The notes under the pieces are model-generated. The model worked only from the letters and a program-made list of their open reading frames with translations. It was not told where the DNA came from and made no database searches. The position numbers and the translations under genes were made by a program. A stretch of 62,367 nt of DNA from Candidatus Hydrogenedentota bacterium (GTDB taxonomy: Bacteria; Hydrogenedentota; Hydrogenedentia; Hydrogenedentales; SLHB01), in the NCBI GenBank assembly GCA_016209895.1, contig JACQVH010000053.1, forward strand, positions 1 to 62,367, written 5' to 3'. Shown here one piece after another: positions 18,167-28,187 of the stretch. Positions within the stretch are counted from its first letter, which is position 1; every line of letters starts with the position of its first letter.

Positions 18167-18203
18167 GCGCGGCGGGCCGTCCAGCCCGCCGCGCGGTTTT
18201 TTT
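18167..18203 (+). terminator. Rho-independent terminator after the pilin gene
   Basis: GCGCGGCGGGC-cgtcca-GCCCGCCGCGC followed by GGTTTTTTT. Confidence 0.85.
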
Positions 18204-20557
18204 CAAGGAAGTTCCGAGTAGGGCGGGCGAAGTCCCGAAACCCTGCTCCAGAGGAAGGCTACGACCGTGACGAGCAGGGCGAGCGAGCTCGCTGCCAGGC
18301 CGAACTTCACGCTGAGCGGCTCATAGCGAAATTCTACGCGCCTTGCCCCCGTCTCCACGCGCACTCCTCGGAGGAATCCCGCAATCGAGTGTACCGGCCG
18401 TTCCGTACCGTCAACGAAGGCCCGCCATCCGGGATAGTTTTGGTCGGTGAGAATCAGTGTGCCGGCCGCGTCAGCCGGTAGAGAAATGACCACCTGATTG
18501 CGCGCGTAGTTCTCGATTACGGCCGGCGAAGCCCGGCCCGCCCGCGCCGCGGTCAACGATTCCAGATCGGGGACGCGGGTATCCGGAACGACGAAGGCGC
18601 GCGGCCACGCGGCGGGATTGCGATACACGGTAAAGTTGCCGGTATTCGTCACTCTTTCGAGCGAGGCCTGCGGGGGCATCGCGCTCGGAGTGGCGAAGAG
18701 TTCACATCCCAAGCCGGCAATTATGTAGTCCACACCAAGCACGTCGAAAGCCTCCTGCGCGTGAGTCTCAAGTCCCAAGCCGCCCCACAGACCCACCGGC
18801 GGAGTCGAGCCCGCGTCGGCGAGCTCAAGGCGGCGCAGGCGGTAGGGCCGGACGAACTCCCAGAAACCGCGAGGCATATACGGCGAGTAGCCGTTGATGC
18901 ACGGCGCGCCCGTTAACGCGCCCAGTTTCGGCACGCGGCGTCCATCCGGCAGGGCAAAATCGGCGTAGATGCGATTCCCGCTCCGGAGATAGGGCCGCAG
19001 ACTATCCGGAATGCCCGGCAGGTCAACTCCTCGTGGCAGATTGACAGCGCGAAGATCGTAGCATAACAACGCGAGACCGACTTGGCCTGCCAGCAGGATC
19101 ACAGGCGTGCCCCGAACTCCCAATCTACACGACGCTCGCACCCGTCCGAGCCACGCGATACCAGCGGCGCCGGCGACCGTGACCAACGCGACCCACGAGG
19201 CGACGTCGGAAACGTACTTGGCCAACGTGAGGACGGCTAGCAGCGCCACGGTCAGGAGGACTAGCAGCCGCAGCCGGACGCATCCGGTCTCATCGGTGCG
19301 CGCCAAGTCTTCGCTCAAACGGTGGGCCCCGATGCCGGCCAGCACGCCCACGGAAAAGACGAAGAAGGGCATGAAGCGCACGGGCGCGCGAAACCAGCCG
19401 CCGGTGGGCGCCCAATAGAGCAACCGGGACGCCCAGGCGCCGTCGCCCATGAGCAGACCGAACAGGAAGACGGCGGAGATGCCGAAGAACACGGCGTCCG
19501 ACCGCCATTTTGTGAGCGCATAAATTGAGGCGAGTAAAGGTACGATGCCGAGGAAATACAGGCTGGGCTCGCCGGCCAGCACCATTATGAGGCGGAGCAA
19601 TTCGCCCGCGTTCTCCACGCCGCCGCGCACGACCTCTTCGTAGGGCAAGGGGCCGGGCGGACGAACGCTCTGCCAAGAGGCTTCCAGAGCCGGGAGGAAC
19701 TGAATCCCGACCAACGCCAGCGCCAGGACACCCGCGGATATCGCCGCCGCTGCACGCGACGCGAAGTCTCGACAGGTTCTTCCATCGGCCCGATGCAAAT
19801 ACAACCTCATCAATCCGTAGGGAACGAGCCACAGCGCCGTGCGCGCAACCACCTCGATCTCGCCGGCCAGGAACTGCAGCGCCAGGACGCCGGCAAGAGC
19901 CAGCGTACGGTGAACGCCGGGACGTTCCAGAAGGCGGTCCGTCAGCAGGAAGATGAGCGGGAGGTATGTGGCGGAACGAAACTCGTCGGGACAAGTCAGC
20001 ATCCGGACGGTCGCCCAGCCGCTGAAGGCGACCGTGGCCCCGCCAAATGCGGCCGACGCCCTCGAGGTTCTCAAGCCGCGGTGCAGGTACAGGTAGGTGA
20101 ATAGCGCCAATGCCGAACCATGAATGAGGGCGCTGACCAAGTGTGCCGTATCCAATGGGAGCAACGCGTAGAGGAGATTCAGCGGGTACAAAGGCCCATA
20201 TTCCATGGTCGCGAGCATGGGCATGCCCGCAAACTCATAGGGGTTCCAAAGGGGCCACTCGCCGTCCTTCAAAGCGTCCAGCGAGAACTGCAGATTCGGG
20301 AGATAGTAGCGAAGCACGTCCCCGACGGCATCGGTGGCTTGGGCCGGCCGGTCCCACCACACACGATACAGCCAGAAGACCGAGAAGGTCAGTATCAGGA
20401 GCAGCGGCGCCAGGCGCTGCAATCTGCTTTGGGACTCGCCGCAACGCGCCCCGTCCGACCGATCGGACCCGTCTGAGGTGTCCGAGGCCAATTCGCGCGC
20501 CGGCTCGCTACCGGGCGGCGCCGGCCGACTGGACCCGCTGGCGCAAATCTCGTTCAA
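18203..20557 (-). CDS. YfhO-family membrane glycosyltransferase (GT-C fold); true start may be TTG 20491 or 20422
   Basis: WPLWNPYEFAGMP, LYPLN, many TM helices; C-terminal LILTDQNYPGWRAFVDG...G..RGV.V..G...V.FRY.P.S signature. Confidence 0.85.
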   Translation of the reverse strand: MNEICASGSSRPAPPGSEPARELASDTSDGSDRSDGARCGESQSRLQRLAPLLLILTFSVFWLYRVWWDRPAQATDAVGDVLRYYLPNLQFSLDALKDGEWPLWNPYEFAGMPMLATMEYGPLYPLNLLYALLPLDTAHLVSALIHGSALALFTYLYLHRGLRTSRASAAFGGATVAFSGWATVRMLTCPDEFRSATYLPLIFLLTDRLLERPGVHRTLALAGVLALQFLAGEIEVVARTALWLVPYGLMRLYLHRADGRTCRDFASRAAAAISAGVLALALVGIQFLPALEASWQSVRPPGPLPYEEVVRGGVENAGELLRLIMVLAGEPSLYFLGIVPLLASIYALTKWRSDAVFFGISAVFLFGLLMGDGAWASRLLYWAPTGGWFRAPVRFMPFFVFSVGVLAGIGAHRLSEDLARTDETGCVRLRLLVLLTVALLAVLTLAKYVSDVASWVALVTVAGAAGIAWLGRVRASCRLGVRGTPVILLAGQVGLALLCYDLRAVNLPRGVDLPGIPDSLRPYLRSGNRIYADFALPDGRRVPKLGALTGAPCINGYSPYMPRGFWEFVRPYRLRRLELADAGSTPPVGLWGGLGLETHAQEAFDVLGVDYIIAGLGCELFATPSAMPPQASLERVTNTGNFTVYRNPAAWPRAFVVPDTRVPDLESLTAARAGRASPAVIENYARNQVVISLPADAAGTLILTDQNYPGWRAFVDGTERPVHSIAGFLRGVRVETGARRVEFRYEPLSVKFGLAASSLALLVTVVAFLWSRVSGLRPPYSELP

Positions 20558-21965
20558 GCTTCGCGATTTCCGACCGATATTGATTGGCCAGCAGCGTCCG
20601 CAGCGTCTCCTCGTCGAGTTGGCGTGCCGATCCGGTAGCGAGGCGCCGGAGGTCGCTTGCCGTGCTGCTGCCGCTGAAGGTTTCCGCGTTGCGCACGAGT
20701 TCGCCCTTGACGTCCCGCATAAGAGTCGCCACGTTGTTCAAACCGGCTCGCGCGGCGTGGTTCTCAGCGGCAAATTCATCGGGGACGCTTTTGTATAAGA
20801 TCTCCACTTGACGGAGCGTAGCCAAAGCTTGCGCGTAATTGCGGCGGAGGCGCTGCTGCTCGGCCTGCGTCTCGAGGGTCTTGGCTTGTTCAATCGCCTG
20901 GCGGGCCGTCTCGAGCCGGGCATCGCGATCCCCAATCATCCGCTGGGCCTCGAGCAGTTTCTCCTGCGCCGCCGCGTGCAACTTGTCCACTTCCGCAGCG
21001 CGCGCAAAGGCGTCCCGGGCTTGTTCGAGCTCGTTGCGGACCAGCGCCTCGTCACCCACGCGCACATAGTAGCCGCTGATCTTCTCGATCACGTCGCGCC
21101 GGTTCGGCTCGGCGGCCACGACCGCCTCGTATTCTTTGATACCCCGATCGAATTCTCCGTATTCGAAAAACATATCGCCGATCCGGTTGCGCAATTCGGG
21201 AGTCTGCGCGGGCATTCCGGCGAGTCGCGCGTACGCGGCGTCAATCTCCTGTCGGTGGTGCCGGGACAAATAGAATTTGAGTGAGTCCACCACGTAGTCG
21301 CGCATCTGGCTGTCCGCGATATTGGCGACCACGACGTTACCGGTCAAGATGGTGTGCCATACGTCCGCCACCGCGTTGACGGAGCGGCTGGCGTCCTCGG
21401 CCAAGGCTGCGCCCGCCACGCCCTTGAATCCGAGACCGGTCTGGTAGTCTTTCACGATCAAGTCTTCGCGGGTCTGCGCCTCGCGCTGCACCCGCGGAAA
21501 ATAAGCGGCCGGCTCGACCTGCCGCCGTGCCGCGGTTTTCAACTCGGTGCGGCCGATGTTTTCCTCGACATCCGCGTAATACAAATTGCGATAGGTCGGA
21601 TTCCCACGCGCCAGCGGCGCGGTCGCCTGCGCGACCAATTTGCCGAGAACGCCGAGCCGGTAGGCGAAATAGGGATCAATCCGTTGCGAGCGCATGGCCT
21701 GAAGCAGATACATCTCGGCCTCGATCGCGCCGGCCGGATCGCGTTCGGCGTCCGGATACTGTACGCGGACCGTCTCTGAGGAAACACTCGCGCCGTTGCG
21801 GAGATCTCGTTCAAGATTGACTAAGGGAATGTTGGCTTCTTTGGAGGTCATGCGAGCGGCCGTCAGCACCACCGCCAACTGCGCCCGCGGCCCCCATGCC
21901 CATCCCGGCAAGCCCAGAAACGCCGTACATAGCAACACCGTTAGAATAGTCGTCCTGGTCTTCAT
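20508..21965 (-). CDS. Secreted protein with a degenerate Zn-PLC/S1-P1-like N-terminal domain and C-terminal TPRs
   Basis: Signal peptide ending A|WGPRAQ; YRLG.LG.LVAQ..AP segment; TPR-like helical repeats from about aa 270. Confidence 0.55.
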   Translation of the reverse strand: MKTRTTILTVLLCTAFLGLPGWAWGPRAQLAVVLTAARMTSKEANIPLVNLERDLRNGASVSSETVRVQYPDAERDPAGAIEAEMYLLQAMRSQRIDPYFAYRLGVLGKLVAQATAPLARGNPTYRNLYYADVEENIGRTELKTAARRQVEPAAYFPRVQREAQTREDLIVKDYQTGLGFKGVAGAALAEDASRSVNAVADVWHTILTGNVVVANIADSQMRDYVVDSLKFYLSRHHRQEIDAAYARLAGMPAQTPELRNRIGDMFFEYGEFDRGIKEYEAVVAAEPNRRDVIEKISGYYVRVGDEALVRNELEQARDAFARAAEVDKLHAAAQEKLLEAQRMIGDRDARLETARQAIEQAKTLETQAEQQRLRRNYAQALATLRQVEILYKSVPDEFAAENHAARAGLNNVATLMRDVKGELVRNAETFSGSSTASDLRRLATGSARQLDEETLRTLLANQYRSEIAKLERDLRQRVQSAGAAR

Positions 21966-23563
21966 GAAGCTTCCCTCCGCGCCGTGCTCAATGACTGCGC
22001 TGAAGGCTCACCTTCCTCGGTGAGCGTCTGTTTCAATTGGGTCACGAGTTGCTCAATCTCTTCTGCGCGGGTGCCGGCCCGGTCCGGACCGACGAGTTCG
22101 AGATAGCGCTCGAGCTCGCGCAGGCCTTCCGAGAAGACCTGTCGCCGAACCAAAAGCAGCCCGCTTTCCAGGTGCGCCGACGCGTACGTCGGGTCCGCCA
22201 CGATTGCCGCTTTGTACGCTTCTTGCGCCTGAGTCGCGTCCCCGGCCGCGGAAAGTACGCGACCACGCAACGTATTTAGTATCGCCGCGTCCGCATCGAG
22301 CTGCTGGGCTCGGTCCAGCGCCTGGCGGGCCCGGTCCGCATTGCCCTGGCCGAGATAGATTTGCGCCGACTGCAGCGCCGCGCGGCCGGCGTAGGGACCG
22401 CCGCCCTGGACCAGCGCCTCGAAGTCCAGCAGGGCTTCCGCCGTCAAACCCTGCGCCTGCAAACACACGGCGCGATAAAAAGCCACGGTCGGATTGGACG
22501 CGCCGCCGGTACCGGCCTGGTTCAAATACTCTTGCGCTTCGCGGAATCGCCCCTCGCCGATAAGAAGCAAGGCCAACCGCGTTGCGGCTTGGGCCGCCAC
22601 GTTGGTTTGACCCCTAATCGCGTCCGCGAGTGTCTGGGAGGCTCCCGCCGTGTCGCCTTTCATGCTCGCCGCCGTGCCGAGTGCGGCCAAGACATCCCCA
22701 TTCCCCGGACTCGCCTGCAACGCCTGCTGGAGATGCTGCGCCGCCGCGGCAAGGTTGTTCCCCAGCGCCTCCGCGATACCAAGACTGAGACGCATTTCGA
22801 CGTTTGCCGAATCCAGCGTCAGGGCCTTCCCCAGGGCTTCGACCTGGCCGGGCAAATCGTCTTTGGTCCCGCGGGCTAATGCGAGCAAATGCCAGGACCG
22901 GGCATCCTGGGGGTTCTGCTTCACCAACCGCTCCAACAGCGCAATTTCCCGGTCCCGGGTACCTTCATTCTTCTGGGCCGCGAGGCATACCACCGCCGAC
23001 AAGGCCGCGTCCGCGTTGTTCGGGTCCAGTTGTGAAGCCGTTTCAAAGGAAGCGGCCGCAGCCGGCAGTTGGTTGGTGGCTAACTGCAGCTTACCCAACT
23101 CGAAGTAAGCCGCGGGATTCGAGGTGTTCTTTGCTACGTAATTCTCCAGAAGGCTGGTAGCTTCGAGAAGCTTTCCATCGGCGCTGAGGCGCATCGCGCG
23201 TTGCACGGGATCTCGACTCATGGTCAACATGGCATAGCCGATTCCGGCAAGCAACAACACGAACAAGGTAGCCGCCGCGCCCACCAGCCACGGCGTTCGA
23301 CTGCCCGCTTGGACCGCCGCGGCGCGTTCCTGCGCCACCTTTTGTCCGGTCAACAAGTTCGTGCCGCAGGCCACGCAAATAATGTCGCTCTCCTGCACCA
23401 GGGCGTGGCAACTGGGACAGGTCTGGCGCCGTTTGCGCTCCCCGACGCCCCGAGGCGCGCCCCCTTTCTGAAGATATCCCCCGCAATGGGGGCAGTTGTC
23501 GAGCTTGGGATCGGCCAGCTTGCCGCAGTACGGACAGTTGATCATCGCCGCCATGCGATTCAC
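21962..23563 (-). CDS. Double zinc-ribbon, single-TM, multi-TPR protein
   Basis: CPYCG..CPHCG and CPSCH..CVACG pairs; TM segment WLVGAAATLFVLLLAGIGYAM; about 10 TPR-like repeats. Confidence 0.85.
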   Translation of the reverse strand: MNRMAAMINCPYCGKLADPKLDNCPHCGGYLQKGGAPRGVGERKRRQTCPSCHALVQESDIICVACGTNLLTGQKVAQERAAAVQAGSRTPWLVGAAATLFVLLLAGIGYAMLTMSRDPVQRAMRLSADGKLLEATSLLENYVAKNTSNPAAYFELGKLQLATNQLPAAAASFETASQLDPNNADAALSAVVCLAAQKNEGTRDREIALLERLVKQNPQDARSWHLLALARGTKDDLPGQVEALGKALTLDSANVEMRLSLGIAEALGNNLAAAAQHLQQALQASPGNGDVLAALGTAASMKGDTAGASQTLADAIRGQTNVAAQAATRLALLLIGEGRFREAQEYLNQAGTGGASNPTVAFYRAVCLQAQGLTAEALLDFEALVQGGGPYAGRAALQSAQIYLGQGNADRARQALDRAQQLDADAAILNTLRGRVLSAAGDATQAQEAYKAAIVADPTYASAHLESGLLLVRRQVFSEGLRELERYLELVGPDRAGTRAEEIEQLVTQLKQTLTEEGEPSAQSLSTARREAS

Positions 23564-23649
23564 CCTACCTTTCTGCGCCTGCGAAACGCGGTCCGAATAA
23601 CGTAGGCTGCGTCAATATTCCAAAAGGATTGTATCATTTGCCCGCCGCG

Positions 23650-23805
23650 CTAGTCCTGCCGGGGAAAAGGCGCCTGACACCCTCGGCAAACGGAAGCGTC
23701 CAGTCCGTTGCGCGCGCCGCACTTGGGACACTTCTTCCAGAAGAGCGCCGGCACGCTGATCAGCAACATAAGTCCAATCACCCCCAGCATGATCGCCAAA
23801 TACAT
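23650..23805 (-). CDS. Small membrane-anchored zinc-ribbon protein (51 aa; below the ORF-track cut-off)
   Basis: Hand translation: MYLAIMLGVIGLMLLISVPALFWKKCPKCGARNGLDASVCRGCQAPFPRQD*. Confidence 0.75.
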   Translation of the reverse strand: MYLAIMLGVIGLMLLISVPALFWKKCPKCGARNGLDASVCRGCQAPFPRQD

Positions 23806-24038
23806 AGTCCGATTCGGGCAAACGCAGGCCCATCCTTTACCCGTTCACGACGCGCCCGAAAAACCGCCGGCACGACACACTCAATTCCTCAAACCCGAGT
23901 GTACCCGCCGCCGTTTTCCCTGAATTGATAATGCTTCGATTGTAGAAAGATTCCGTCCAATCTGTCAACAAACTTCCGCGCCAAATATAAGGCATGGGCA
24001 CGCGCGGTGTTCACACTTGTCGCGCCTTTCTCGAATTT

Positions 24039-25415
24039 CTACAACTCCTTCAGATTGAAATCCTCCACCGTGATACGATCCTTCACCCGCCCGCTGATTC
24101 GGCCGAGGTCAGTTAACGCTTGCGCCACAAGTTTGTCGCCCGCCCCGGCCCCTACATAGGTGGCGACCAGACCGCCATAGCCGCCCGCCGCCGCGCCTTG
24201 CACCGTCGGGAAATACAAGTGGAAACCGTTGGCGTATCCGCACAAAAGCGTATGTGGCACCGCTGATTTCGACTTGAGATCAAGTTGAAATTGGACAAAC
24301 AATTCGCCGGGCATAAACGCCAGGCCAATATCCCGCCCGATCACTAGCGTTACGAGTGGCACCGATAGGTCGGGGGTCAGGACCGACTGCATGGCATCGA
24401 ACCGCGGACCATAAGCGCGCCGGAATACGTCTTGAATATCCGGCCGGGTGAAATCAAAGCGCGTACCGATCTCCACGGCGCTCTCGTAATACGCCAAGAC
24501 CGGCTCCGCCAGGGGCTGGGTCGGTATCGCTTTCAGCGCGGCGAGCACACCGTCGGCGCACTCTTTCCCGACCGCGTGCATGGATTCGATGCCGCCTTCC
24601 GGCAAAGGCGTTTTATCGAGATACGGGTTGATGTCGCCGCAACCCCCTTGCACGTAGAAACATTCGGCTCCGGTCGCCGCTTTAACCAGCCGCGCCATGT
24701 GGCCGGCGAAGTCCGACGTATATTGGACGTTGTCCGCACCGAGGACTACCGGGTGGCAAGCGAAATGGACCAGGGTCGCGAGTGGTTTCCCTTGGGCGTC
24801 GTCGAGTTTGATGAGCGTTGCTTCGTGATCAAGCGGCGAGGTTGGGACGCGCTTCTCATTGCGCCACAGCATGTAACATTCGCCGTCTTTGATCACGCGC
24901 CGGTTGTGGCTGATATCCAGGGTAGCATGGCCAATCCCCACGCGCGCTTCGGTAAGGCGGCCGGCCGCTTCTTCGAGCGCCTCGATAATCCCCTTTTCGA
25001 TACGGAGCACGTGCGGCGCGTCGTCGGACTCCATAATCGGCCCGCCGTGCGTGTGCGTCGCCGAGAAGATGACCTTATCAATTCCCGCCTTCTCGGCTTC
25101 GGCGCGAATGCGCTCCATCACCGGCTCGGTGGGCACACGGCCCAACTCCAACACCACCCACCCGATCGTCCGGTCGGTGTTGCGGAACACGAGCGCCCGC
25201 GCCATCAACGGGTCCAGCACGCCGCTCGACGCTTCCTTGCGGTCGCTATAGCCCCACATCTTCACGCCCGGATCGGGTGTGACCTCGCGCGCGGCGACGC
25301 CGACTAACAACCCATTCATCGCCGCTTTCTCCTCGCTACCCGCGCCCAGCACGCCGGCCATGGCGGTCACGGCCGCCGACGTCTTCAGAAAAGTCCTCCG
25401 CGTCAGTTCTTGCAT
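24039..25415 (-). CDS. Tat-exported neutral/alkaline ceramidase-family hydrolase (458 aa)
   Basis: ATG 25415 with an AGGAGG SD; TRRTFLK Tat motif; DPLMARAL, SATHTHGGP, HFACHP, DF.G, QGGCGDINP, MPGELF motifs. Confidence 0.85.
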   Translation of the reverse strand: MQELTRRTFLKTSAAVTAMAGVLGAGSEEKAAMNGLLVGVAAREVTPDPGVKMWGYSDRKEASSGVLDPLMARALVFRNTDRTIGWVVLELGRVPTEPVMERIRAEAEKAGIDKVIFSATHTHGGPIMESDDAPHVLRIEKGIIEALEEAAGRLTEARVGIGHATLDISHNRRVIKDGECYMLWRNEKRVPTSPLDHEATLIKLDDAQGKPLATLVHFACHPVVLGADNVQYTSDFAGHMARLVKAATGAECFYVQGGCGDINPYLDKTPLPEGGIESMHAVGKECADGVLAALKAIPTQPLAEPVLAYYESAVEIGTRFDFTRPDIQDVFRRAYGPRFDAMQSVLTPDLSVPLVTLVIGRDIGLAFMPGELFVQFQLDLKSKSAVPHTLLCGYANGFHLYFPTVQGAAAGGYGGLVATYVGAGAGDKLVAQALTDLGRISGRVKDRITVEDFNLKEL

Positions 25416-25545
25416 AGACGAGCCTCCTTTCGGAATTTTCGCCGCCATCATACCAGAAGAAAGCAATGCCCGTCGCGCCCCCGATGAACGACCAATAACA
25501 AAGGAAGAAGGGCAGTAACTCGCGCTCGCCGCCCGCAGGGAAGGC

Positions 25546-25930
25546 TGGTCTACAGCCTGCGGCCTACAGCCTCTCTCTCCACTCCCTCCCCGCCTCAGGC
25601 GCATTCCCCAATCCGCAATCCGCGATCCGTCTCCGCCCCTCCCCCCGTCTACGGGGGGAATCAAAGGGGGGGCAATTCCGCACTCCACACTTGTCCGCCT
25701 CTGGAGGATTCCCCACCCCCTTACGCGCACACGACAAACCACGCCCTCGCCAATGGCCTGGTTCGTAGTGACGCCGTCAGGCGTTTTCCGTGAAACGCCT
25801 ACGGTCTACAGCCTGCAGCCTACGGTCTACAGCCTCCAGCCTCTCTCTCCACTCCCTTCCCCGCCCGCAACGCTGTCCCACGAAACGAGCGTTCAACCAC
25901 GAATCATACGAATCAAACGAATTGACCGCA
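25546..25930. repeat. Mixed repeat cluster: (A/G)GYCTRC heptamers in two blocks, GCRATCC heptamers, a CCCCCCGT-CT-ACGGGGGG palindrome, a 24-mer repeat copy and ACGAATCAN 9-mers
   Basis: ggtctac agcctgc ggcctac agcctct (about 25547) is duplicated at about 25797-25845; acgaatcat acgaatcaa acgaattga (25899-25925). Confidence 0.75.
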
Positions 25931-26268
25931 GGGAGATTCCTGCGAAACAAAAAGAGATATCGTCGCCAAATCCGACGGAATTCGCCTAACACGAAGTTCA
26001 GCGAGATTTCCAGGATTGCGGCACGAAGGTGTAGCAACCGGTTGGCGCTGCGGACCGATAGTGGGAACCCCATCTTCCAATCCTTCAGCTATCTCCGGCA
26101 CGACTTCGCACCAGCCGGCGTGCCAGTCGCCGATTGCTCATCTGAACCCGTTTCCCCGCATTTTGACTGCCCATAATCTGTGGCATATATTGCGTTCATC
26201 GGCGACCAATAGAGACCGTTGTGTCGTGCTTTATTCTTCAGGGACGCCGATTAAAGAGGAGGATACAC

Positions 26269-26550
26269 ATGGCGTCCAAGACCGTGAGCTTTACCCACAC
26301 GGGTGTATCCAAGCTCCCCAAAGACAAGCCGGTTATTTGCAAGATTCAAACCGATTCCGGCAAGACAATCTACGTTGGTACGGCAAAGCGCGGACGCGTC
26401 CAAGATCGGATTCTCGAACATCTCACCAACGCCGACGTTGCTGGATCAAAAGTGCAAATCGAGCAGATGCCCTCCATCGAAGACGCTCGCAAGACGGAAC
26501 AAAGGATCATTGCCCGGGTACAACCCAAGTATAATGAACAGGGGAAATGA
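26269..26550 (+). CDS. Stand-alone small GIY-YIG nuclease-family protein (93 aa)
   Basis: ATG 26269 with a GAGGAGG SD; PVICKI..IYVGTA..R..R..EH..E..II....PKYN; the first Tyr of GIY is replaced by Cys. Confidence 0.75.
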   Translation: MASKTVSFTHTGVSKLPKDKPVICKIQTDSGKTIYVGTAKRGRVQDRILEHLTNADVAGSKVQIEQMPSIEDARKTEQRIIARVQPKYNEQGK

Positions 26551-26661
26551 TACCGCTGGTTCCGGTTCAACGGGAATCGTCACTTGCTACACTAAGCACC
26601 AATTCTGCGTATACGATGAACCCGCAAAGATAGCCGCGTTGGTCAGCACATGTTCTCGTAA

Positions 26662-26991
26662 ATGAGTGGGGCGATTATGGCGCCGGATGGGGAAAAAGCA
26701 GACGCAACTACCACACTCTCGGGCCCGCAAAAGGGTGATTTCATAGCGCCGCCGCCGGTCTCGGACACGGACGAGCGTGTGGACGCCGTGCATTACGTGG
26801 GCGACATCGTCGCCGACTTCTTCTGCGGCGGTGGCACGACTGCGGCGGTCGCGCAGCGGTCGGGTCGGCGTTGGATTGCATTTGATCAGTCGCGGGTGGC
26901 CGCGGCCATCACCATGGCGCGAATCGCCTGCAAAGTGCAGGATGACATGGGCGGCGAAGGACTTTGGGCCGGAGAGGTGGACGTAAAGTGA
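26662..26991 (+). pseudogene. C-terminal remnant of an N6/N4 DNA methyltransferase (Mod-like)
   Basis: DIVADFFCGGGTTAAVAQRSGRRWIAFD (SAM-binding motif I) with no catalytic DPPY region upstream. Confidence 0.8.
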
Positions 26992-28187
26992 GTGCTGTTG
27001 CGAGGTTTGAGTGGGTGAATCCAAGCTGTCTCAAGGAAGCCCGAGAACGACTTCGCCTAGCTCGCGAGGACGTCGTCGATCAAGCAAAGCATCTCGGCGA
27101 CGAATACGAGGGGATCACGCCAAGGGCCTTGGAATTGTGGGAGGCAGGTACCAAGGAGCCGGAACTCCGCCACTTGGAGGCGCTTTCGCAGATTTACGTC
27201 TGCCCGGTGGGTTGGTTCTTTCTTCCGAGTGTTCCAGCCGAGCCTTTTGCGCTCGATTTCCGTGGCGTAGCTCCAGGGGCGAAGGTTGGCGGGCGCGGTA
27301 TGCAGACACTTTCAAGATTCCTCGAACTCGCGGACTGGGCCGAGGAGCTGGCGATCCAAACCAGCCAATTCATCGCCACCCGCATCGGACAGACCAGCCT
27401 ACAAGATGAAATGTCCGAACTGGTGGCGGCTGAACGACGAAGACTTGGTTTTGATGCACGTATTCGCTCAACGTGGCATAGCAGCGATGACGCATTCGAT
27501 TGGTGGCGGCATCAAATCGAAGATTTGGGCATTTTCTGCTTTGTAATGCGCTTGCCTACCAGTGAGGTGCGCGGCGCTTCGTACTGGGGTAAGCGTGGAG
27601 CGGCGTTTATCCTGGTCAACAGTGAGGATGCCGAGGCCGCCACTGGACGAACCTTTACACTGCTGCACGAGTACGCGCACCTCATGCTCCACGAGAATCT
27701 CGTATGCGACTTCAGAGGTTCGAAAAACGGTGCCAAAATAGAACGGTTTGCCAACGGATTTGCCGCCGCGATGCTATTGGACCGTTCCGAATTGAGTGCA
27801 AGCCTTAAAGAGCTTGACGCTACCCAGTTTCGAAGCCAATGGGGGGACGCCATGCTGGACCGGATTCGTGAGCCATTCCGAGTCAGCCGTGATGTCGTCG
27901 CCATTTATCTGGAAGAACTCGGACTGGCCCCCAAAGGACTATACAACGAGAGGCGCGGCGTATGGTCAAAACGCAAGGCATTTGGAAGATCTGCCGCTGG
28001 CCGCGTTGGCCGTAATCTGACGGCGCAACGGTTGAGGATGGTCGGAAACACGCTTGCCAAAGTTCTTTCTTCAAAGCAGGCCGAAGCTACCTTGTCCGCT
28101 CTTGACCTTGCAGAAGTCTTGGATGTCAAGGTCGAAAGAGTTCCCGCCGTTCTGCAAGCCTTTAGACACGCTGGAGGCCATGGGTGA
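26988..28187 (+). CDS. XRE-HTH plus ImmA/IrrE metallopeptidase (399 aa)
   Basis: GTG 26988; N-terminal HTH (LKEARE..WEAG..EP..L..L); FTLLHEYAH (HExxH), E.FAN.FAAA.LL. Confidence 0.9.
   Translation: MSAVARFEWVNPSCLKEARERLRLAREDVVDQAKHLGDEYEGITPRALELWEAGTKEPELRHLEALSQIYVCPVGWFFLPSVPAEPFALDFRGVAPGAKVGGRGMQTLSRFLELADWAEELAIQTSQFIATRIGQTSLQDEMSELVAAERRRLGFDARIRSTWHSSDDAFDWWRHQIEDLGIFCFVMRLPTSEVRGASYWGKRGAAFILVNSEDAEAATGRTFTLLHEYAHLMLHENLVCDFRGSKNGAKIERFANGFAAAMLLDRSELSASLKELDATQFRSQWGDAMLDRIREPFRVSRDVVAIYLEELGLAPKGLYNERRGVWSKRKAFGRSAAGRVGRNLTAQRLRMVGNTLAKVLSSKQAEATLSALDLAEVLDVKVERVPAVLQAFRHAGGHG

Noticed and set aside
24039-25742. 567-aa version of the ceramidase-family ORF, and extended starts for pilin (17515), portal (8355), protease (7035), DinB (29586) and lipoprotein (33980)
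   Set aside because: The extensions run through repeats or intergenic DNA; internal starts have SD sites and proper signal or N-terminal motifs.
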